A stretch of 64,000 bases of DNA, taken from positions 73,106 through 137,105 of the forward strand of contig JBLWUN010000006.1 in assembly GCA_048268905.1 (NCBI GenBank), written 5' to 3'. This document shows positions 38,491 through 47,476 of this stretch, piece by piece; the first letter of the stretch is position 1; each line of letters begins with the position of its first letter. This DNA is from Maricaulaceae bacterium. Lineage in GTDB: Bacteria; Pseudomonadota; Alphaproteobacteria; Caulobacterales; Maricaulaceae. Both the position numbers and the translations under genes were made by a program. The notes under the pieces are model-generated. The model made no database searches. It saw only the letters and a list, made by a program, of their open reading frames with translations, and was not told the DNA's origin.

Positions 38491-39900
38491 ATGTTTGGAA
38501 AACGCCAAACCATTGCGGCCGCGCTAGAGAAAGCGCCCGTCCAGGATAAAGCGCCTAAGCCCGAGCCATCTATGGCGGCTCCGCCGCCGAGCGCATCGCG
38601 CTCAACATCCAGCAAAGCGGATGCGTCTGAGGAATATTACGAAACCAAGGCGACGATCTTTAACGCCCTGTTTGAGACAATCGATGTTTCCGCCCTTGCC
38701 GGGATGCAGCCGGATAAAGCGCGCGAAGAAATTCGCGCGATTGTGGATGAAATCATCGCGATCCGAAACGTACGCCTGTCGATTACGGAGCAAAATCAGC
38801 TCATTACAGAAATCTGTGATGATATTTTGGGATATGGCCCCTTGGAGCCGCTCTTGGCGCGAGACGATATTGCCGACATCATGGTGAACGGCGCGAAGCA
38901 CGTCTTCATCGAAACCGGCGGCAAGATGCTGAAAACGAACATTCGCTTTCGAGACAATCAACAGCTGATGAATATTTGCCAGCGGATTGTGTCTCAAGTG
39001 GGACGCCGCGTTGATGAAGCCAGTCCGATCTGCGACGCGCGTTTGCTTGACGGCTCTCGGGTGAACGTGATCGCCCCGCCGCTCTCTATTGACGGCCCCG
39101 CGCTGACCATTCGTAAATTTAAAAAAGACAAACTTCGTCTTGATGATTTGGTGAATTTCAAATCTATTTCACCGGCGGGTGCGAAAGTGCTGGAAATTAT
39201 CGGGGCGTGCCAGTGTAACGTGGTGATCTCTGGCGGTACGGGTTCTGGTAAGACGACTTTGCTGAACTGCCTCACCGGTTTCATCCACCCTGACGAGCGC
39301 ATCATTACCTGCGAAGACGCGGCTGAGCTTCAATTGCAACAGCCGCACGTCGTTCGTCTTGAAACGCGGCCGCCAAACCTTGAGGGCAAGGGTAAGATCA
39401 CCATGGCCGACTTGGTTAAAAACTGTCTGCGGATGCGCCCTGAGCGGATTATCGTCGGCGAGGTTCGCGGACCCGAAGCTTTTGACCTTCTGCAAGCGAT
39501 GAACACAGGCCACGATGGGTCCATGGGAACGCTTCACGCGAACTCCCCGCGCGAAGCTTTGGCGCGTCTTGAATCAATGATTACCATGGGCGGTTTTAGT
39601 CTTCCCGCGCGCACTATTCGCGAAATGATTGTAGGCTCCGTGGATATTGTCGTTCAAGCTGCGCGCCTTCGCGATGGCTCTCGCCGCATCACCAAAATTA
39701 CAGAAGTGATCGGGATGGAAGGCGACGTGATCGTGACGCAAGACTTGATCGTCTATGAAATGGATGGAGAGGATGCGCAGGGCAAAATCATCGGGACGCA
39801 CAAATCCACGGGTATTGCACGTCCCGCGTTCTGGGATCGGGCCCGCTATTTTAATCTTGAAAAAGAACTGGCCGAAGCGCTCGACGAGGCTGGGAGCTAA
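38491..39900 (+). CDS. cpaF: CpaF/TadA secretion ATPase
   Basis: Walker [15 protein letters not shown], Walker B/Asp box IIVGEVRG and His box [13 protein letters not shown]. Confidence 0.95.
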   Translation: MFGKRQTIAAALEKAPVQDKAPKPEPSMAAPPPSASRSTSSKADASEEYYETKATIFNALFETIDVSALAGMQPDKAREEIRAIVDEIIAIRNVRLSITEQNQLITEICDDILGYGPLEPLLARDDIADIMVNGAKHVFIETGGKMLKTNIRFRDNQQLMNICQRIVSQVGRRVDEASPICDARLLDGSRVNVIAPPLSIDGPALTIRKFKKDKLRLDDLVNFKSISPAGAKVLEIIGACQCNVVISGGTGSGKTTLLNCLTGFIHPDERIITCEDAAELQLQQPHVVRLETRPPNLEGKGKITMADLVKNCLRMRPERIIVGEVRGPEAFDLLQAMNTGHDGSMGTLHANSPREALARLESMITMGGFSLPARTIREMIVGSVDIVVQAARLRDGSRRITKITEVIGMEGDVIVTQDLIVYEMDGEDAQGKIIGTHKSTGIARPAFWDRARYFNLEKELAEALDEAGS

Positions 39901-39903
39901 CGT

Positions 39904-40893
39904 ATGGATTCTGCAACGCTCATTGCTGCCATTGCGACCGTTGTTGTCATTGCGTTGATCCTCGTTCTGATCGGCGGCGGGCAATCATCAACGCAGAAGC
40001 GCGCAAAGCAAATCGGCGTGGGCACCTCCGGGGGATCCGGTAGCCGTTTGATGAACCTGCTCAAACCTGAAGATAATAGCAACCGGCGTAAACTTATCGA
40101 ACAGTCCTTGGGGCAAATTGAAGAAAATCAGAAAAACAAGCGCAAGCGCAATAACACGCTGAAAGCCAAACTCATTCAAGCGGATTGGAAGACGACCCCG
40201 CAAACCTTTATGATCATATCTGGCGTACTGGGAGTGGTGTCCGCTGTTTTGCTGTTTATCATCACCCGGAATCCATTGATTGCGGGAGGTGCCGCGTTTG
40301 TCATGGGTTTCGGCCTGCCGCGTTGGTTCCTCGGCGCGGTTATCACGAGGCGTCAAAAGCAATTTATATCCCACTTTGCGGACGCGATGGATATTATTGT
40401 GCGCGGTGTGCGCACGGGCCTGCCCCTTGGGGATTGTCTTAAAATTATCGCGCACGAATCGCCGGACCCCGTCCGCAGTGAGTTTCTCAAAGTTATCGAG
40501 GCCGAAGGCGTGGGGGTTCCCATCGAAGTTTGCCTTGAGCGGATGTATGACCGCATACCCGTGTCGGAAGTAAACTTCTTCGCGACAGTTTTGAATATTC
40601 AAAGGTCTACAGGTGGTAATTTGGGTGAGTCTCTCGCGAACCTCTCAAGCGTATTACGGGGCCGCAAATTGCTGCGTGAAAAAATCAAGGCTCTGTCTGC
40701 GGAAGCGAAGATGTCAGCGATTATCATCGGGGCATTGCCCATTATCGTGATGATAATGGTGACCATTTCAGCGCCAGATTACATGACAGAGCTCTACACA
40801 ACGAAAACAGGTCATCGCAATTTGATGATTGGCGCAGGTATGATGGTGATGGGCACTCTGATGATGCGCAAAATGATCAACTTCAAGATCTAG
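39904..40893 (+). CDS. tadB: Type II secretion system F-family inner-membrane platform protein TadB
   Basis: 329 aa with T2SSF-like topology (N-terminal TM, cytoplasmic helical domain, C-terminal TMs). Position is directly after cpaF. Confidence 0.88.
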   Translation: MDSATLIAAIATVVVIALILVLIGGGQSSTQKRAKQIGVGTSGGSGSRLMNLLKPEDNSNRRKLIEQSLGQIEENQKNKRKRNNTLKAKLIQADWKTTPQTFMIISGVLGVVSAVLLFIITRNPLIAGGAAFVMGFGLPRWFLGAVITRRQKQFISHFADAMDIIVRGVRTGLPLGDCLKIIAHESPDPVRSEFLKVIEAEGVGVPIEVCLERMYDRIPVSEVNFFATVLNIQRSTGGNLGESLANLSSVLRGRKLLREKIKALSAEAKMSAIIIGALPIIVMIMVTISAPDYMTELYTTKTGHRNLMIGAGMMVMGTLMMRKMINFKI

Positions 40894-40902
40894 GGGGCGA
40901 AG

Positions 40903-41865
40903 ATGTTTTCTGACTCAGCCGCCATGTTCCAAAATGCCGCCTACGGCCTTATTGCCCTCTTGGTCGTGGGGACTTTATATACGCTATTTAGCCCTTTACT
41001 CGAAGGCGATAAACTCAAGAAACGTATGAGCTCGGTTTCCGACGCGCGGGACACCTTGCGCGAATCGCGCATGAAGTCTCTGAATAAGACCCAACAGGGC
41101 CTTCGCAATGACTCCAAAGGATTTTTCAAAAACCTCGTCGATAGCCTCAGCCTTGAAAAACTTTTGGAAGCCTCCAACCTGCGCGATAAACTTGCGCAAG
41201 CTGGCCTGCGCGGACAGCGTCCGGTCTATGTATTCTACATTTTCCGATTTATTATGCCGATCGTCTTGGGACTTTTCGGGCTCCTCTTCTTGGTGGGGCT
41301 GAACATAATGGCGTGGACATTCCTTCAAAACCTGTTGGCGACCGTTTTGATGGTGAGCTTCGGCTACTACTCTCCCGCCATCTATCTCAAAAACATGGCT
41401 GGTAAACGAATGGCCAAAATTGAGCCGGTCTTTCCTGACGCCTTGGACCTTCTTCTGATTTGCGTCGAATCCGGTATGTCTGTGGAGTTGGCCTTTGCCC
41501 GCGTGGCAAAGGAAATGGCCGAAAACTCCGTAGAGCTGGCCGAGGAATTCTCGCTGACAACCGCGGAGCTATCCTATCTTCCAAACCGTCGTCAGGCTTT
41601 TGAAAATCTCGCACGCCGCAACAACCACACGGGTATCCGCTCAGTCTCTACCGCTCTTGTTCAGGCCGAAAGATATGGTACGCCGCTCGGAAGTTCCCTG
41701 CGAACAATGGCCAATGAGAACCGGCAAATGCGGGTTCTGGCGGCTGAGAAGAAGGCGGCAGCCTTGCCAGCCAAGCTCACCGTCCCGATGATCCTGTTCT
41801 TCCTGCCCGTTCTGTTCATCGTCATCCTGACGCCAGCCGTTATTCGTATTGGGGCCGCGCTTTAG
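40903..41865 (+). CDS. tadC: Type II secretion system F-family platform protein TadC
   Basis: 320 aa. A paralogous T2SSF-like protein following tadB. Confidence 0.88.
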   Translation: MFSDSAAMFQNAAYGLIALLVVGTLYTLFSPLLEGDKLKKRMSSVSDARDTLRESRMKSLNKTQQGLRNDSKGFFKNLVDSLSLEKLLEASNLRDKLAQAGLRGQRPVYVFYIFRFIMPIVLGLFGLLFLVGLNIMAWTFLQNLLATVLMVSFGYYSPAIYLKNMAGKRMAKIEPVFPDALDLLLICVESGMSVELAFARVAKEMAENSVELAEEFSLTTAELSYLPNRRQAFENLARRNNHTGIRSVSTALVQAERYGTPLGSSLRTMANENRQMRVLAAEKKAAALPAKLTVPMILFFLPVLFIVILTPAVIRIGAAL

Positions 41866-42089
41866 GGATTGGCACCTGCGTTGCAGGATGCGTTTTGTCA
41901 TATAGTTTGCCAAGCGAATATATAGCTGAAATCTATGTTCTTATGATCTGTTAAACGTCTCGTCCGCTTATACGCCTATGGGCGGCGGCACTGAAAACGT
42001 CGCCGAAACGCGGGAGCAGCGAAAACGCCGAATTCACTCGGAGTATGACCTAGATTGAAATTTGGTCCAAGAGAGGCGCGCTCACGCCA

Positions 42090-43481
42090 TTAACGGCGGC
42101 GGGCAGGCGCGCGGCGATTGGGTTCCTGCTTGGCGGTATTTGCGGCATAGGGCTGCGGCGCATACCCTTGATAGGCAGCGGGGGGATAGCCGCCATTTTG
42201 CGGGGCGGGGCGTTGCATATTTTCGGGCGCGTAACGTTCAGAATAACGCGGCGGGACGGCAGACGGATTAGAGCGCGGCCCAATATTCTGAGCGATCTGA
42301 TCGAGAATATTTCGCTGCTCGGCGCTGGGAGGCGCTTCATTGGCGGGAACGATAACGCGCCGAGGTTGACCTTGGGATTGCGCCGCTGCTGCTCTTGCGG
42401 CATCAGCCGCCGTTTTCGGGCCGCCGTCATCACCGGGATTCACAGACACATTTGCGCGGTAAGCCGGTGCAGTGTTTGTTGCGGCGCTCGGCGCATAATT
42501 TTGTGATGAATTCATTGTGCGCAAAGGCAAAGACGTGCGCGGCGCGGCGCTCGGCTGAGCTGGGGACTGGTAGGCGGATTGGGATTGAACCTGCGAGGGA
42601 ACCGGCGCTTTATAGCTGCTGTACCCTTGCGGCGCGTCCGGTGAGGTTTGTCCATAAACGCGCGGTTGCTGCGCTGGCGGTTGGTATTGTGGCTGGGCCG
42701 AATATTGCGGCCGCTGTTGGTAAGGCGATTGCGCAGGTTGACCTTGTTGCGGCGAATTTAAAGCGGGTGAGGGCGTGCCCGCAGCGCTCGCTGACTTGCC
42801 TTGAATTTGAAGGATAAGGTCCAGTGTTTGCCGAATGTTTGCGCCTGCGCCCGGCTGGGCCATAGCGCGGCGAAGCCACGTTTCGGCTGTGGCGGGGTCG
42901 CCAGCCAGCGCGTAGCTCAAGCCGAGGTTGGACATAATGTTCGGATCATTTGGCGTGATTTGAAGCGCACGGTCATAATGGCGGCGGGCGAGGTCATAGT
43001 TCTCGAGCTGATCCAGCGCCGCGCCTTTGAGCGACCAAAGCCGCGCATAGGTTGGCGCTGTGCGCAGTCCGTCATCAAGCGCTTTAATGGCATCATCGCT
43101 GCGTTCTGAGGCAATAAGGGCGGCGGCGTACTCTGCTGTCAGGTAAGGGTCTTTGGGGTAGAGCGCGCGGGAGGTTTGCGCGATCTCAACAGCTTTTCCG
43201 GGATTTCCCATGCGCCGCACCGCGGCAGAGAGCTTAATGGCCGCTTCGAGGTCGGCTGGATTGAGCTGATATTCCCGAGACCAGAACGCGGCTTGGGCAA
43301 AATTGTCTTGCGTTTCAATATTGTTGCGAATGTCTCGGGTTGCGGGTTGGTAACGCGACGGCGTCATATCCGAGATCATATCTTTTTCGGAGTCTGTCAT
43401 TCCGCCCGCGAAGGCACATCCGGTCATGAGAACAGCCGGAACAATAAGAATACCAGCCTGTCGCAAATGTCTGAGTCGCAT
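42090..43481 (-). CDS. TPR-repeat lipoprotein (TadD-like) with a ~235-aa P/Q/A-rich C-terminal tail
   Basis: Lipobox VLMTGC. TPR-like repeats cover aa ~60-225. The low-complexity tail runs from about aa 229. The gene is convergent with tadC. Confidence 0.7.
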   Translation of the reverse strand: MRLRHLRQAGILIVPAVLMTGCAFAGGMTDSEKDMISDMTPSRYQPATRDIRNNIETQDNFAQAAFWSREYQLNPADLEAAIKLSAAVRRMGNPGKAVEIAQTSRALYPKDPYLTAEYAAALIASERSDDAIKALDDGLRTAPTYARLWSLKGAALDQLENYDLARRHYDRALQITPNDPNIMSNLGLSYALAGDPATAETWLRRAMAQPGAGANIRQTLDLILQIQGKSASAAGTPSPALNSPQQGQPAQSPYQQRPQYSAQPQYQPPAQQPRVYGQTSPDAPQGYSSYKAPVPSQVQSQSAYQSPAQPSAAPRTSLPLRTMNSSQNYAPSAATNTAPAYRANVSVNPGDDGGPKTAADAARAAAAQSQGQPRRVIVPANEAPPSAEQRNILDQIAQNIGPRSNPSAVPPRYSERYAPENMQRPAPQNGGYPPAAYQGYAPQPYAANTAKQEPNRRAPARRR

Positions 43482-43606
43482 GGTGTTCTCCGCTGTGATA
43501 TCCTATCATCGCACACGAAACTCTGGCTTGCGCCCGAGTCGTATATGGTTAACAAACGTAAACAGGCGCAGTTAACGAGACGTTACTTTTTTTAGGACAA
43601 CACCCC

Positions 43607-45013
43607 ATGACGACAGTCTTTGCACTTAAAAAACCGCAAGAAATGAAGACTTCTGCGATACCCGTTCATATATGTCGTCCTGATGGATGGCTGGATGTAA
43701 AGGAGACCTTGTCGGCGCCGATGCAAACCTTCGCCGATGAGCGCAAATTTACCGGAGAAACGGGACAGCGCGTACGTATGCCCGGACCGGACGGGAAAGT
43801 TGCGTGCGTTTTGTTTGGCGCGGGAAGCGAGGACACTGACTATGAGGGCGCGATTGCTGTCGGTGGGTTGTCGGCGGCTCTGCCGGAGGGGCAATATTAT
43901 TTCGAAACCCTGCCGGAAGACTGGTCGGCAGAATTGGCGGCGATCGGGTGGGGGCTTGGGGCGTACAGGTTCGAGCGCTATCTGGAAGATGAAAAGGTCT
44001 TTCCTGTTTTAGTTATGGAGAGCGGCGCGGCCTCCAAGGAAGTTGTGACACTCGTGAATGCGGTGCGTTTGGGGCGCGACCTTATCAATACACCGCCGAG
44101 TGATATGGGGCCCGAGGCGCTTGAAGCCGAGGCGCGTATGGTCGCCACGCGCTACAAAGCCAAAATCAAAACCACGGTCGGTGAGGCGCTTCTTGAGAAG
44201 AACTATCCGATGATACATGCGGTCGGCCGGGCGGCCCATCAACCGCCGCGCCTTGTTGAGTTTGAATGGGGCGAGCCTGACCATCCAAGGCTGGCTCTGG
44301 TCGGAAAAGGGATAACCTTTGATACGGGTGGGCTAAATATAAAGAGCGCGGCTGGCGCGCGTATTATGAAAAAAGATATGGGCGGCGCGGCCCATGCTTT
44401 GGCTTTGGCCGATATGATTATGGCCAATAATTTGCCTGTTCGTTTGCACGTTTTGTTGGCGATTGCAGAGAACGCGATTTCCGCGAGTGCCTACAGGCCC
44501 GGTGATGTCCTTCATTCCCGTTTGGGATTGACGGTTGAAATTGACAATACAGACGCGGAAGGGCGGCTGGTTCTAGGCGACGCCCTCACGCGGGCGGCCG
44601 AAGACAATCCAGATCTGATTATCGATTTTGCGACATTGACGGGCGCAGCCCGTGTGGCGCTTGGGCCGACCTTGCCGCCGTTCTTCTCAAACCGTTCACA
44701 AGTTGTTCCGGGCGTGATTGCGGCCACGGACGCGCAAAAAGATCCTGTCTGGCATATGCCCCTATGGCAGCCCTATATGAGCATGTTAAAGACGCCCATT
44801 GCCGATATGAAAAATGCGGGCGGTAGTTTTGCGGGCTGTATGACAGCGGCGCTTTTCCTCGAGCGTTTCGTCAAAGATACGCCCTGGATGCATTTCGATG
44901 TGTATGGGTGGAATCCGGCGAGTAGCGCTGGACATCCCGCAGGCGGCGAAATGTTTGCGATTCGGGGGCTTTATCACTGGCTCAAAGCGGGCGGCCTGAA
45001 GGGCGACAATTAG
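43607..45013 (+). CDS. M17-family leucyl aminopeptidase-like protein
   Basis: M17 signature NTDAEGRLVLGDAL plus GKGITFDTGGLNIK and MKKDMGGAA metal/active-site contexts. Confidence 0.9.
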   Translation: MTTVFALKKPQEMKTSAIPVHICRPDGWLDVKETLSAPMQTFADERKFTGETGQRVRMPGPDGKVACVLFGAGSEDTDYEGAIAVGGLSAALPEGQYYFETLPEDWSAELAAIGWGLGAYRFERYLEDEKVFPVLVMESGAASKEVVTLVNAVRLGRDLINTPPSDMGPEALEAEARMVATRYKAKIKTTVGEALLEKNYPMIHAVGRAAHQPPRLVEFEWGEPDHPRLALVGKGITFDTGGLNIKSAAGARIMKKDMGGAAHALALADMIMANNLPVRLHVLLAIAENAISASAYRPGDVLHSRLGLTVEIDNTDAEGRLVLGDALTRAAEDNPDLIIDFATLTGAARVALGPTLPPFFSNRSQVVPGVIAATDAQKDPVWHMPLWQPYMSMLKTPIADMKNAGGSFAGCMTAALFLERFVKDTPWMHFDVYGWNPASSAGHPAGGEMFAIRGLYHWLKAGGLKGDN

Positions 45014-46098
45014 GCCGTTCGCGCGTTATCGCGCGCCGTTAAGCGGCGCGCAAAAGCATCGGTGTGACGCGTAAGAACGACGTGGGCGCTGAGCGATATG
45101 ATGACAGACACTGGCAGGCTCAGGCCGATCAATGTCCAGGGCGCGATATGTGGCATCGCCAGCAGCAAAAGCTGCGAGGTCGGCCAGTTCACAAGATAAA
45201 ATGCCAATGTGATATTTGGCCAATTCTCCATAAACCTGAGAGCGGGCGTGCGTGACGCCGCCAGCCAAAAGGCGCTGAGACACCAAAATGCGGTGAGCAA
45301 GAATTCGATAGCGGGTGTCCAATAGAAAAAGCCGTGCCACACCCAAGCCGCGCTGAACAGTGCGATCAGTACCCAGACGCGGGTTTTTAGGCGTGTTGGA
45401 AGGCGGTGTTCGTAGGCAAACAGGCACATGCCAAGCGAAAAAGGAAAGGCAAGTCGGCACGCCAATGTGGGCGTGTCGAGCCATGAATATCCCAATTTAG
45501 CCTGAGCGAATTTCGTGATGAAATAGGCGGTGCTGACAAGAACTGCATAGACAAATACGAGCCTGTTTTGCGAAAACAGACGCAACTTTATGCCTAGCGC
45601 GATGGCGATATGCGCGGCCAAGCCCCATTTAAACGTCCAAATCGCGCCTTGTATCAAGGAGGTGTATTTGGCCCCGTCGAGCAGGCCCGGGAGTGGCTGC
45701 CCCGGATTGAGACAAGAGACGGTTTCAAGCACATAGCGCCCAAGCCTGAGCGTTAGCGCGGCAGGTTCCTCAGAAGAGTCGCCGAGAACGGGATAGATAA
45801 TTCCGGCGCAGATCAAGGTGACGCAGGCGAGCAAAGGAAGAGTGCGTAAGAATCTCGAGCGCAGATATTGATAAGCCGACCGACCTTGGCGCACACTTTT
45901 TAAGGCCAGATAACCAGACAGAAAAAATAGAACCTGAATGCCGATCCAGCTGGGTTCGTATCCCACATGGCTAAGAAACTCAATCTCGGCCGGGCCCGTG
46001 GGCATGGTGGAGGCATATCCGAAGGCAATAAACCCAACGGTCAAAATGCGGACGGCATTAAGACGAGGCAGGTTCGAATTTATCGCTTTCTGTCCCAT
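45010..46098 (-). CDS. Acyltransferase 3 family integral membrane protein
   Basis: Polytopic. N-terminus RLNAVRILTVGFIAFGY...FFLSGYLA is typical of acyltransferase_3. The ATG at 46098 has GGGAGC upstream. Its stop overlaps the convergent M17 stop (TTAG). Confidence 0.8.
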   Translation of the reverse strand: MGQKAINSNLPRLNAVRILTVGFIAFGYASTMPTGPAEIEFLSHVGYEPSWIGIQVLFFLSGYLALKSVRQGRSAYQYLRSRFLRTLPLLACVTLICAGIIYPVLGDSSEEPAALTLRLGRYVLETVSCLNPGQPLPGLLDGAKYTSLIQGAIWTFKWGLAAHIAIALGIKLRLFSQNRLVFVYAVLVSTAYFITKFAQAKLGYSWLDTPTLACRLAFPFSLGMCLFAYEHRLPTRLKTRVWVLIALFSAAWVWHGFFYWTPAIEFLLTAFWCLSAFWLAASRTPALRFMENWPNITLAFYLVNWPTSQLLLLAMPHIAPWTLIGLSLPVSVIISLSAHVVLTRHTDAFARRLTARDNARTA

Positions 46099-46289
46099 TG
46101 AAGCTCCCACATTCTTGCCCCCACGGAACTGTAGGGACGAAACCTTAAAAAATACTGGAAAAAATCCGTTTAGTTTGAATCGCTTATGCGGCGGGTCGGC
46201 GGCGGCCTCGATTTGCATCTTGACCAGCGAATCATGCCTGTGCGAATCTTTGCGAAAGTGATTTGTTTTTGAACGGGAGTTCTGGGTTT

Positions 46290-46670
46290 ATGCCGCTAAT
46301 CGGGCACGGTGGACAGTTTAATCGGCGCGACGCTTTGGCGTTGTGGCACCGCGTGACCTTGCAATCTGTTCGCGAAGCAGGTCCAGATTTAACCGCGCGC
46401 CAACTTGCCGTTTTAACGACGATCTACTTAGAGCATGGCCCTCACACCGTTCGGTCACTGGCGCTTCGGCTGAATGTCACAAAGGCTGTGATTACGCGGG
46501 CATTAGATACGCTCTCGCGCTATCGATTTATTACGCGCACGCCAGACCCGCGGGACAAGCGGTCCGTGATTATTCGGCAAACGGGACCTGGCGGCTCATA
46601 TCTAAGCCAGTTCGCGGATCAAATTCGGGGAGAAGTCTCCTTGAGTGCTCGGCGAATATCGGCCGCTTAA
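46290..46670 (+). CDS. MarR-family transcriptional regulator
   Basis: Winged-HTH pattern LTARQLAVLTTIYLEHGPHTVRSLALRLNVTKAVITRALDTLSRYRFITRTPDPRDKRSV. An alternative TTG start lies at 46263. Confidence 0.85.
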   Translation: MPLIGHGGQFNRRDALALWHRVTLQSVREAGPDLTARQLAVLTTIYLEHGPHTVRSLALRLNVTKAVITRALDTLSRYRFITRTPDPRDKRSVIIRQTGPGGSYLSQFADQIRGEVSLSARRISAA

Positions 46671-47462
46671 ATGGTTTCCAGCGCGATATGCTTTCACGTC
46701 AATATCCCGATAGCGCATCTCTATCGCAGCGCGTCATATGACAGCCCTCTTGAAACCCAGCTTCTTTTCGGAACAGAATTTCTCGTCTCGGAAATAGACG
46801 GAGACTGGGCGTATGGACAGGCGGTAAGCCCGGCTGGCCCAATAGGGTTTCCGGGATATCAAGGTTTCGTAGCGTTGGCGTCATTGATGAAAGGCGCTGC
46901 CCAATCGACTCACGAGATCACAGCCCTCTGCGCACCCGTGTTTAAGGCAGGGGACATCAAAAGTCCTGTGACCGCGATGTGGCCAATGACTGTCAGATTT
47001 CGAGGCGCGCCACAGGGGGACTTCATTGCCGCCCCGCAGGGATATATTCACATGCGGCATGCGCGGCCATTAACCGAGCCGCCCGCGAGCCTTGATTTCG
47101 TCGCGATCGCCGAACAATTTATGGGACGCCCCTATATTTGGGGCGGGGTCAGCTCGGACGGGCTTGATTGCTCAGGCCTTGTGCAAACGGCGCTTCGCGC
47201 TGCCGGACATGATGCACCCCGGGATTCGGGACCGCAATCCTCTATGGGTATTGCCGTGGCAGAGGGCGCGCCGCTTCGGCGCGGGGATTTGATCTTTTGG
47301 CAAGGTCATGTGGGGATTATGCAAAATAGCTATAAATTGCTGCATGCCAACGCTTTTCACATGAGCGTGGCGTCAGAGCCGCTTGCTGAGGCTCAAAAGC
47401 GTATAGATCAAATGTACGGGGAGGTTACCGCCCGAAGGCGGCTACCGGAATATTTGAATTAA
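46671..47462 (+). CDS. NlpC/P60 (C40) cell-wall peptidase with N-terminal SH3b-like domains
   Basis: Catalytic Cys context YIWGGVSSDGLDCSGLV. His contexts GDLIFWQGHVGIM and LHANAFH. The ATG immediately follows the marR stop. Confidence 0.88.
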   Translation: MVSSAICFHVNIPIAHLYRSASYDSPLETQLLFGTEFLVSEIDGDWAYGQAVSPAGPIGFPGYQGFVALASLMKGAAQSTHEITALCAPVFKAGDIKSPVTAMWPMTVRFRGAPQGDFIAAPQGYIHMRHARPLTEPPASLDFVAIAEQFMGRPYIWGGVSSDGLDCSGLVQTALRAAGHDAPRDSGPQSSMGIAVAEGAPLRRGDLIFWQGHVGIMQNSYKLLHANAFHMSVASEPLAEAQKRIDQMYGEVTARRRLPEYLN

Positions 47463-47476
47463 GGCGGTAAAAGGGG

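Noticed and set aside
41866-42089. 224-bp convergent gap after tadC, examined for small pseudopilin genes or an sRNA
   Set aside because: It contains only very short ORFs (25 aa or less) without ribosome-binding sites or TadE-like hydrophobic N-termini. There are weak hairpins only (CCTGC-gtt-GCAGG) and loose GAAAACG repeats. The evidence is insufficient to call anything.
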